64,000 nucleotides of DNA. Source: Terriglobia bacterium. Lineage in GTDB: Bacteria > Acidobacteriota > Terriglobia > Terriglobales > Acidobacteriaceae. A model generated the notes under the pieces. The model had not been told where the DNA came from. It made no database searches and was given only the letters and a program-made list of their open reading frames with translations. Numbering within the stretch: the first letter of the stretch is position 1; the number at the start of each line of letters is the position of its first letter. The position numbers and the translations under genes are program-made. Shown piece after piece: positions 57,401 to 64,000 of this stretch. The stretch lies in the NCBI GenBank assembly GCA_020073565.1, contig JAIQEY010000018.1, positions 36,431 to 100,430 on the forward strand. Direction: 5' to 3'.

Positions 57401-59479
57401 CACGCCCATCTGGTCAGCGTTGGTGGAGACATCCAGCAACGCGAACTGCTCGTAGTCGAAGACCTTGAAGAAGCGATCCCAGTCGCCCTGGTTTGATCCA
57501 CGTCTGCTGAAGCTGGCTTGGAAGGCCGTCTCCTGCGGAAACGTTTGTCCGGCGGTCTCGAGTGTTGCAGAGCTCAACTCTTGTTGCTGCTTGGCGGCGT
57601 TGGTCCAAACAGCGATGGTATCCTGCTGCGTGCCCAGCGGAGCGAAGTAGAAGCTAATCGTGACATCATCCGGATCCTCATCTTTGGGCGCTTTCGTCCA
57701 CGCAACCAGGGCAACCAGAAGCATGCTGGGTCGCGCCATCCGCTGGCCGTCACGATTGGACCGTCGCAGCCAGCTGACGTTAGCGGCATACGGATCAGGC
57801 AGCGTGGGCAGTAATCCAAACAGTCCCATGCCCAGCCACAGGGACGCTTGTTGGACAGTTTCCTCATCCAGCAATTCGGCAAATAGCAGCAGGCTGTTCA
57901 CCGGCGTGATTGTGAACAGGGCATTGTGAATCGCCAGCGAGATAAGATGCCCGGGCTCCACCGGCCATTTCACCTGGGGATCTAGGCTGTCCACTAGAAT
58001 GTTGTCATCATAAACAAACGCAAACTGCTGCCCATCGGTATAGGTCAGAAGCACAAGCGACTTCAGGGTGTGGATGGGAAAGGGAGTCCCCTTCACGTCC
58101 ACGGGCCGGTCAAAGCGCCCTTCAATGTCGGCCTGGGCAAGAACCAACTCGTTACCGCTGGCCGCACAGGCGTATGTCACCGAGAAGGAATCGGTATACT
58201 GCAGATCCATCTCCGAACGAAATTTGGAATCGGCGTCCTTCCAAAGCAAGAATCGCTGGTGCGCATAACGATTCGAGGCCTGAGGATCGGTGATCACGAT
58301 CACGCCCGGCCCGAGCGCAACCCAGGGCGCGCGCAGACGGATAGGCCCATCTCGTAGCCCACGCCAGCTGAGGGTTAAATTCTCGGCGGTCCGGACGGCG
58401 AGTCCACCGTCTCCGGCAGCCTCTGTTGGATTGGCGACGTCGATCAGCGCAACCGGCAACGTCCATCCCGATCGCTGAATCGCTGCTTCCCCGGCAAGCA
58501 CTACAAACGGAGATTTCGATGTCCCTACCTCAAATGCGTTCTTCGAAACACGGAGGGGAATCACCATCGATAGCAATGAAGGTTCGTAGGTGGGCGCAGA
58601 AGCTGCGATCCAACTAAACCCCAGCGTCTTGTCATAGAGCTTCCATTGGGCGTCCGTTAGCTTTCTGACCGTAATCTGGCTCGCCTGAAGTTCGAAGACG
58701 AACTCGTCAGGAGTGGTCAAGGTGGCATTGGAGGCATCGGTGCCCGCGTTACCGGGAGCAGCACCGGGCTGCTGACTGGGTGAAAGCTGCAAGTCAACTT
58801 CGCATTTGCAGCCGAGAGGCATCGTGAGCTTTCCACCAACGTCGGTTGGCGGGGCGCTGAAAGAAAGGGTGCCGGCTTTTATGCGAAGGCCCACGTAACC
58901 GCCGGCTGGAGCGGCGGTCGCCAATAGATCAGCGCGAATCCAGAAGCTTGATTTGCCAAGTTTGTGTTGCTTTCCGACAGGGGGCGGAGCAGCTATGAAT
59001 GTTTTCTCGTAAAACAATAGTGCCGGTTGGGAGTCGCCTGGCAGATAGACCGGAACCATTCGGACAATCTGGAAGAAATCAAACCAGTACAACCGCCCAT
59101 CCACACTGTGGAACGGGCCTAGTGAGTGTTGGGCCAGCGCGCCACGTCCCCAGACTGGCGATGCTAGCTCGAGCATGGGGGCAGCGACTGGAGCCTCGCG
59201 GCGGAAGACCAGGAACTCTGGTGCTTGGTCCGGTTTCAGTTGTTTGAGCAACCGTCCAATTCGTTGCCGCCGGTCCTGACCCAGATTCTCGGGCGCGTTA
59301 AACGTTGCCCGGTCGATAGCCAGCGAACGGGGAGTAACCGCGGTATTCGGATCGTCGATGCGCGACCGAACGAGCAACTTCTCCAACTCGATGAGCTCTT
59401 CGTTTTCCTGCGGGGCCTGAGGCCTCAAGGTCACCGAAAGACTGGCCAAGCGGGACTGCAAGTCGTTCCGAGGGACCAT
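54413..59479 (-). CDS. Giant hypothetical protein A (about 1,688 aa), no recognisable domain; beta-rich hydrophobic C-terminal module
   Basis: Uninterrupted ORF. The ATG at 59479 is preceded by AGGAG (59486-59490); the ORF track extends to a TTG at 59566. No known motif recognised. Confidence 0.75.
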   Translation of the reverse strand: MVPRNDLQSRLASLSVTLRPQAPQENEELIELEKLLVRSRIDDPNTAVTPRSLAIDRATFNAPENLGQDRRQRIGRLLKQLKPDQAPEFLVFRREAPVAAPMLELASPVWGRGALAQHSLGPFHSVDGRLYWFDFFQIVRMVPVYLPGDSQPALLFYEKTFIAAPPPVGKQHKLGKSSFWIRADLLATAAPAGGYVGLRIKAGTLSFSAPPTDVGGKLTMPLGCKCEVDLQLSPSQQPGAAPGNAGTDASNATLTTPDEFVFELQASQITVRKLTDAQWKLYDKTLGFSWIAASAPTYEPSLLSMVIPLRVSKNAFEVGTSKSPFVVLAGEAAIQRSGWTLPVALIDVANPTEAAGDGGLAVRTAENLTLSWRGLRDGPIRLRAPWVALGPGVIVITDPQASNRYAHQRFLLWKDADSKFRSEMDLQYTDSFSVTYACAASGNELVLAQADIEGRFDRPVDVKGTPFPIHTLKSLVLLTYTDGQQFAFVYDDNILVDSLDPQVKWPVEPGHLISLAIHNALFTITPVNSLLLFAELLDEETVQQASLWLGMGLFGLLPTLPDPYAANVSWLRRSNRDGQRMARPSMLLVALVAWTKAPKDEDPDDVTISFYFAPLGTQQDTIAVWTNAAKQQQELSSATLETAGQTFPQETAFQASFSRRGSNQGDWDRFFKVFDYEQFALLDVSTNADQMGVSFAWFNDAALTERDLTFYRIYKPVGNDQQPAFPLEVQQLDLSAQSRYVRAFTLPQVSWEPLFNLSQKTLAGDPPFGWNLYSNDGGPTRLFNDSVKLVPIAPIPVTEFLVQDFDERKNGFTGALFTLPFGLRAFAEFSRTNQFNPALAPAQLGLFKPEYEGGGVKGALQVRADAPVHPVKSPLFAGGTLQLNNVLDPFGVPTFAGTLGDSVGTIFNKEFFYDPPVAFKPSGVPLSRIDFCGYGANIFSHWEDPSAAIAATSKSYFDVFSGRTAQEVIQVRSLIYPWGIHVVRTITMTRASDGYVFRFDTGWQAESDGIYDFRYNVFDSGFNPLPRPNPYVFHPGLVKGVFKVKNIQETSVVPRFQQIWNKKIGDTYLDSEGIEHSVDSFTPPDVRNPAVILQPVYFDADVQIDYVISGAVRGRVPSKGMLGYVQLAPRGEPIPDFLFVQLLASQFVGLGGQIAAVLDVGKSGQQIRISRVDVNASTDASGPIFVSAARGAVVLPKDGSWSVVQHNQGTGEVSPLDPQATVPVIRRGKLSPDATSTDTTPADLVRIANPLDLVQAPGPNTRNFGLLQSTNTQKALFRLPSFQEGVQELKSATPDFADAYRLVNTKAIFPNIRDALSLNLGAFQTKILAEGYKLLDPANPAKVFEETLPDGPLYLINEQFFKLYVEYSNKDRDGKLIGPGVLRYGFDSAANSLGNQWLSKVNDIAMVVDLGSITRLMMIKGKFDTEKGSDPSFKEPQLIFSKELQPVVDILQILDQLQGGDYKAAFEKGLEIAMSNSADSWNYAFHARKEIPAVRFPPGIAYDNPSNPLKLEAHLAVGVYFNEAMSIPNAPSQLIPSAGAFLEFGGSLSVMCVSLAVATVYAVGSVDLRTAADIKTGPSLHMKFGFGAEIAVGLPVIGTVSLLYMVGVQVDLDTSQITVAAFLLFRGRAEILDGIVTVQIQIEAQGIYHRIGSETDLAAQVTFGLDISIFLVINLHFSKSWQETRQIA

Positions 59480-59812
59480 ACTGATCTCCTGATTTAGCTC
59501 GGGCAGCATACGCGTCTGCCCAACGCTTTTATCTTGTGCGCTGCCAGTGGCGGGAGTGAAAGACAAGGATTGTGCAATCTTCGGGCGAATCGCTGAGAGT
59601 GTGCCTCAATGTTCGAGTTGAGATGACGGATCAAAATCTGGGACTCTTTCACCGGCCGAGAATTGGCGCACATGACCCACGAGAAGAGCATTAACGACCT
59701 AGCGTTCAGCCCGGACGGTAAGTATCGCGTTTTTATCACACCACCCGGGGTTGACACGCTTGGTCGCAGATTAAGACAACTCTTGGAATCTCCTAGGCCA
59801 TTGAACCCAAAC

Positions 59813-59909
59813 TGGCGGAAGCGTGTGCGAGTCGAACGCACCGGCGACAGGATTCCTGCCGCCCGCCGGTTTTGAAGACCGGGAGGATCACCGGACCCCA
59901 TGCGCTTCC
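59813..59909 (-). tRNA. selC: tRNA-Sec (selenocysteine, anticodon UCA)
   Basis: 97 nt: GGAAGCG...acceptor...CGCTTCC-G-CCA. Anticodon arm CCGGT-CTTCAAA-ACCGG. Long extra arm GGCGGCAGG-AAT-CCTGTCGCC. T arm GTGCG-TTCGACT-CGCAC. Closely parallels E. coli selC as I recall it. Confidence 0.88.
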
Positions 59910-59978
59910 CCGAGGGTGCGCCCGCACGCACCGACCTCCTTGCGCCTGGAACGCGTCCCGAAAATACTAATTCAAATC

Positions 59979-60638
59979 CTACTTCGGTTGTGCCGCCACC
60001 CGGAGATAGGGCTTCAGGGTCTTCCAACCGGCCGGGAATTTCAGCTTGGCCTGTTCGTCAGAAACGGATGTCGGAATGATGACATCGTCGCCCGGCTTCC
60101 AGTTTACCGGCGTAGCGACATTGTGTCTCGCTGTCAGTTGAATGGAATCCAGCGCGCGCAACACCTCGTCGAAATTCCGGCCGGTGCTCATGGGATAAAT
60201 CAACATCAGCTTGATCTTCTTGTCCGGACCAATCACAAACACGGTGCGCACCGTGGCATTGTCCGTCGCCGTCCGGCCCTCACTCGTCGCGCCCGCGCTC
60301 TCCGGCAGCATGTCATACAGCTTCGCTACTTTCAATTCGGGATCGCCGATCATCGGATAGGTCACCTTGTGCCCCTGGGTCTCTTCAATGTCCGCGGCCC
60401 ACTTCCCGTGATTGACTACCGGGTCGACACTCAGCCCCACAATCTTCGTGTTTCGCTTCGCAAATTCCACCTGCAGGCCCGCCATGTAACCGAGCTCCGT
60501 CGTACACACGGGGGTAAAGTCCTTGGGGTGCGAAAACAGGATCGCCCAGCCATTGCCGATCCATTCGTGAAAATTGATCGGGCCCTGCGTGGTTTCCGCC
60601 GTAAAGTTCGGGGCTTCGGAATTGATGCGTAATGACAT
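59979..60638 (-). CDS. 1-Cys peroxiredoxin (Prx6-type)
   Basis: WAILFSHPKDFTPVCTTELG peroxidatic Cys motif. ATG 60638 with an AAGGAG RBS. Confidence 0.9.
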   Translation of the reverse strand: MSLRINSEAPNFTAETTQGPINFHEWIGNGWAILFSHPKDFTPVCTTELGYMAGLQVEFAKRNTKIVGLSVDPVVNHGKWAADIEETQGHKVTYPMIGDPELKVAKLYDMLPESAGATSEGRTATDNATVRTVFVIGPDKKIKLMLIYPMSTGRNFDEVLRALDSIQLTARHNVATPVNWKPGDDVIIPTSVSDEQAKLKFPAGWKTLKPYLRVAAQPK

Positions 60639-60844
60639 GTTGCTCTCCTTTGACGGGATCAACCAGATAGATTCGATTGCGGAAAATAAACTCTAGTAAT
60701 TCAGTAGGGAATACAATATCTCGCAACCGATAAGCGCGTCAAGAAGACCCCAAATCGTCTGACAATTATGTTAGCGCACGACGCGCGTTTGTGCAGGCGT
60801 GCAGATAGAATTTGCGAATGACGCCTTCTCTAAGAAAACTTCCC

Positions 60845-61717
60845 ATGGTGCAGGTCGACGTCTTCACCGACCGCGCCCTCACCGGCAACGCGCTCGCCGT
60901 TTTTCTGGACGGCCGAGGTCTGAGCACCGATCGGATGCAGGCCATCGCCCGCGAAATGAATCTCTCCGAAACCACGTTCATCCTTCCCGGCGACGCCGCC
61001 GCGCAAAAAGAAGACGCAGTCCGCGTTCGAATCTTTACCGTTCAGGAAGAACTGCCCTTTGCCGGACACCCGACGCTGGGCACCGCCTTCGTCCTGCGCG
61101 GTCAGAGCGGTGCGGCGGGAGTCCGTCTCGCCCTGAACGTCGGCACCGTCCCCGTGCGCTTTGAAGATCGTCCCGGCCAACCTGTCTTCGGTGAAATGAC
61201 CCAGAGGAATCCTGAGTTCGGATCCACCCATGACCCGCAGGCAATTGCCGACGTCACTGGCCTGAACCCCGCCGACTTCGATCCTTCGGTGCCGATTCAG
61301 ACCGTCTCCACCGGACTTCCCTATACCATCACAGCCTTGCGTTCTCTTCGAACGTTGCAGAACTTTCGCCTCGATATAAAACGCGCCAGCGAATACCTCG
61401 CGCGCAGCGGCGGAAGGTTCTTCTACTTCGTGTCCCGCGAAACTGTCGATCTCAAGGCGCGACTCCACGCCCGCATGCTTTTCTACAACGGCGAGGACCC
61501 GGCCACCGGTTCCGCTGCCGGATGTTGCTCCGCCTGGATGGTTGCCCACGGCGTCGCCGCCAGCAACGAGCAGGTCATGATCGAGCAAGGCCTCGAAATG
61601 CACCGTCCCAGTTGCATTTTCGTGCGTGCGACGAAGACTGATAACCAGGTGATCAATGTGCGTGTCGGTGGAAATTGTGTGGAAGTTCTTCGCGGTGAAG
61701 TTACCCTCGCCGACTAA
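60845..61717 (+). CDS. PhzF-family isomerase
   Basis: VDVFTDRALTGNALAVF...EMNLSETTF...FAGHPTLG...EDPATGSAAG matches PhzF/DAP-epimerase-like fold motifs. Confidence 0.85.
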   Translation: MVQVDVFTDRALTGNALAVFLDGRGLSTDRMQAIAREMNLSETTFILPGDAAAQKEDAVRVRIFTVQEELPFAGHPTLGTAFVLRGQSGAAGVRLALNVGTVPVRFEDRPGQPVFGEMTQRNPEFGSTHDPQAIADVTGLNPADFDPSVPIQTVSTGLPYTITALRSLRTLQNFRLDIKRASEYLARSGGRFFYFVSRETVDLKARLHARMLFYNGEDPATGSAAGCCSAWMVAHGVAASNEQVMIEQGLEMHRPSCIFVRATKTDNQVINVRVGGNCVEVLRGEVTLAD

Positions 61718-61900
61718 CATCTCGAAACGGTGCGGCTGTCGCGGCTCTCGACCCATGCCACGGTCGCTCACTCCACTTCGGTGCCATTGGCGTGCGCGCC
61801 ACTTTACGCGCACGGCAATTCTGTTTAGCATGCAGTTCGCTCTGCATTTCCGAAAGCACACATCAAGACTTCTAGTGAATGGCGGTCTCCCGGTTAGGTC

Positions 61901-62326
61901 ATGAAGCCCAAGAAAACGATTCTCTGCGTCGACGACAACGAACAATATCTTTCGATTCGCAAAGTCCTGCTGGAAACGCGCGGCTACCGCGTCGTCGCCT
62001 GCAACAATGGCGCCCAGGCCCTGGAAGCCTTCCGCGGCGGCGGTGTTGACCTGGTCCTCACGGACCTGGTCATGACCGGCGGCGTGGACGGCTCGCAACT
62101 GATCGAGCAAGTCAAAAGCATTTCGCCGCACACGCCCGCGATCCTGATCTCCGGACGAGTCAAAATCTACGAGCGCGACTCGCTGGCCGACGTCTTTCTA
62201 CCGAAGGGCATGTACGAACCGGCGGATCTGCTCGAACGCATCCGCCTGTTGCTCGTACGCAAGCGCGGTCCCAAGCGACTGATGGACCATAACAGCCGCC
62301 TCGCCGCGCACGCTTCCGTCGCTTAG
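61901..62326 (+). CDS. Stand-alone response-regulator receiver (CheY-like)
   Basis: ILCVDDNE...DLVLTDLVM...PAILISG...KG receiver pattern. No output domain. Confidence 0.8.
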   Translation: MKPKKTILCVDDNEQYLSIRKVLLETRGYRVVACNNGAQALEAFRGGGVDLVLTDLVMTGGVDGSQLIEQVKSISPHTPAILISGRVKIYERDSLADVFLPKGMYEPADLLERIRLLLVRKRGPKRLMDHNSRLAAHASVA

Positions 62327-62369
62327 GGCTGCATGTCCGGCGGTCGCGGTGTGTTATCGTTGCAACGGG

Positions 62370-63095
62370 ATGCCACCGTTCATCGAAGCCCGCGAACTGC
62401 GCAAAACTTACCGCGTGGGAAAAGTGGATGTGCCCGCTCTGCAGGGTATCTCGTTTGCGGTCGAGCGCGGCGAGTTCGTCACCGTCGTCGGTCCCTCGGG
62501 CAGCGGTAAGTCTACGCTCTTCTATCTTCTCGGCGGACTCACGCGGGCTGACTCGGGCAGCGTCACCATCGACGGCGTCGACTTCGCATCTCTTTCCGAC
62601 AGCGAGCGCACCAAGTTGCGGAAGAGCAAGATTGGATTCGTCTTCCAGAAATTCAATCTTCTGCCTACACTGAGCGCGCGCTTCAATATCGAGATCGCTG
62701 CCGACATCGCGGGCCGTTCCAAACCCGATCCGGCCTTTGCCAAGACCATTACTGAGATGCTGGGGATCGACCGCCGGCTCGATCATCGCCCCTCGGAGCT
62801 TTCCGGCGGCGAGCAGCAGCGCGTCGCCCTGGCCCGCGCTCTCATCAATCGTCCGGCCATCGTGCTGGCCGACGAGCCTACCGGCAACCTTGATTCGAAA
62901 AATTCCGCGATCGTTCTCCAGATGCTTCGCCAGTCCAACAAGGAACTGGGGCAGACCGTGCTGATGATCACGCACAATCCGGAAGCCGCCGAGTACGGAG
63001 ATCGCATCATCCACATGCGCGACGGACAAATCGTGGCCCCGGACGACGATCCGCAGTGGTCCCCGCATCACCCCGCCGAACATTTGCAGTCCTGA
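62370..63095 (+). CDS. ABC transporter ATP-binding protein (MacB/LolD/FtsE-like)
   Basis: Walker A GPSGSGKST, Q-loop, signature LSGGEQQR, Walker B IVLADEP, H-loop ITHN. Confidence 0.9.
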   Translation: MPPFIEARELRKTYRVGKVDVPALQGISFAVERGEFVTVVGPSGSGKSTLFYLLGGLTRADSGSVTIDGVDFASLSDSERTKLRKSKIGFVFQKFNLLPTLSARFNIEIAADIAGRSKPDPAFAKTITEMLGIDRRLDHRPSELSGGEQQRVALARALINRPAIVLADEPTGNLDSKNSAIVLQMLRQSNKELGQTVLMITHNPEAAEYGDRIIHMRDGQIVAPDDDPQWSPHHPAEHLQS

Positions 63096-63210
63096 TGTGG
63101 GGACGCGCCGTTGCCATCCTGAGCGGAGCAGGAACTTCACGAAGTGAAGTACCTGCGGAGTCGAAGGACCCCTACCTTCTCATCAAACCTGCCCATTTAC
63201 TCCGAATGTA

Positions 63211-64000
63211 TTAACCAGTTAGTACGGTGGGTACCCCCCTCCCCCCGGTCTTTTGGAATCATGGAGTTAGGTTGTGGAAACACTCCAAAATCTAGATTCG
63301 CAAAGACTTACCTGTAAAATATTCCGAAATAAGGACTTACAGTTGTCAAAGAGCGCTGAAAAGCTTTGGGGCAGCGCCGGGTGAGACCGTCCTGTGGACG
63401 GGCACACCAAAGCGCTGCCCCATTCAGTTCGCAGTGTCGCACGGGTGGAAGTCGGTGTCGGTGATGGGGAGCACGGATGTGAGTGACTGGGGTGGCCCGC
63501 GTCTCGCGGTTTTCGAGACGCGGGGCCTTTCGTCGCGATCACCTAACTTTTTTCATCACGATTGAACTGTATGCCGGTCACCGCGTTAAGAACGAGCCAC
63601 CGCCTACTCTGGCTGACATGCCGTGGAATCTGAAGCGATACTATGGCGCAGGCGATCTTCATTTCATCACGTGCAGTTGTTACCGTCGGCGGCAGATGCT
63701 TGGAACGGAGCAGCGCCGCGATCTGTTCCTGACTGTTCTTGAGCAGGTTCGCCGCCGGTACCAGTTCGTGGTGCTGGGCTACGTCGTCATGCCCGAGCAC
63801 ATCCATCTGCTGATCAGCGAACCGCAGGAAATGACTCCTTCGACGGTCATGCAAGCTCTGAAACTCGGCTTTGCCCGCCGTGTAATCGCAGAAGCAAAGC
63901 GAGGGAAACTGGCCGGAACGGACTCTGCTCCGCAGCGCGTTTGGGAGAAATGATTCCAAAAGACAGGGGGAGGGGGGTACCAATCTAACTCACTAGTTAA
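63211..64000. mobile_element. REPtron-like unit: truncated RAYT gene flanked by about 35-nt imperfect inverted repeats (right repeat ends at the window edge)
   Basis: Left: ttaaccagttagtacggtgggtacccccctccccc (63211-63245). Right: gggggaggggggtaccaatctaactcactagttaa (63966-64000). The core ggtacccccctccccc is exactly inverted. Internal hairpins at 63369-63421 and 63494-63527. Confidence 0.7.
63618..63953 (+). pseudogene. REP-associated tyrosine transposase (RAYT, IS200/Y1 family), C-terminally truncated
   Basis: YHFITCSCYRRR, VVLGYVVMPEHIHLLI (HUH motif). It stops at ...RVWEK, before the helix carrying the catalytic Tyr. Confidence 0.65.

Larger units (their letters stand above)
46286..59812. 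mobile_element. Putative integrase-less genomic island inserted at tRNA-Sec
   Basis: Bounded by intact selC and a displaced copy of its 3' end. Contains gene remnants (tatA-like fragment, frameshifted SDR) plus the giant two-gene operon. No integrase ORF is visible. Confidence 0.6.

Noticed and set aside
58949-58975. GKQHKLGKS in giant protein A considered as a Walker A P-loop
   Set aside because: The spacing is G-x5-GKS rather than G-x4-GK[ST], there is no Walker B downstream, and the surrounding sequence is not Rossmann-like.
59494-60027. 177-aa minus-strand ORF
   Set aside because: It runs straight through the tRNA-Sec gene and into the peroxiredoxin 3' end. An artefact.
60830-63140. Long minus-strand ORFs 60830..62131 (433 aa) and 62160..63140 (326 aa)
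   Set aside because: They are antisense to the PhzF-like, receiver and ABC ATPase genes, all of which have clear motifs on the plus strand.

Overview
High-GC bacterial chromosomal segment (GC judged by eye, not computed). The gene content (a TonB-dependent receptor with a CarboxypepD_reg-type N-terminus, a CRTAC1/ASPIC protein, a TPR Ser/Thr kinase, several DinB and TPR proteins) and the short-period palindromic repeats suggest Acidobacteriota; this is inference only. About 50 protein genes and 3 tRNAs (Glu-CUC, Arg-UCG, Sec-UCA) can be supported. Recognisable genes include gdhA, an M1 aminopeptidase, a PhoU-like protein, the imuA-imuB-dnaE2 SOS mutagenesis cassette, hypF, a 1-Cys peroxiredoxin, a PhzF-like isomerase, an ABC ATPase and a NarL-type two-component system. 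Five regions stand out. (1) A ~13.5 kb island (46286-59812) is bounded by the tRNA-Sec gene (selC) and a 24-nt direct repeat of its 3' end. Its cargo is mainly a tightly coupled two-gene operon encoding ~1,690-aa and ~1,305-aa proteins in which I recognise no known domain or catalytic motif; this is my best candidate for an undescribed system. (2) A glycyl-radical enzyme operon with an unusual intercalated SCP2-like small protein. (3) An acyl-AMP ligase + ACP + Kbl-like alpha-oxoamine synthase trio. (4) Palindromic MITE/REP-like elements inserted in frame in dnaE2 and imuA. (5) A truncated RAYT transposase flanked by inverted repeats at the right edge. All functional calls come from reading motifs in the supplied translations and DNA; no database search or computation was run.
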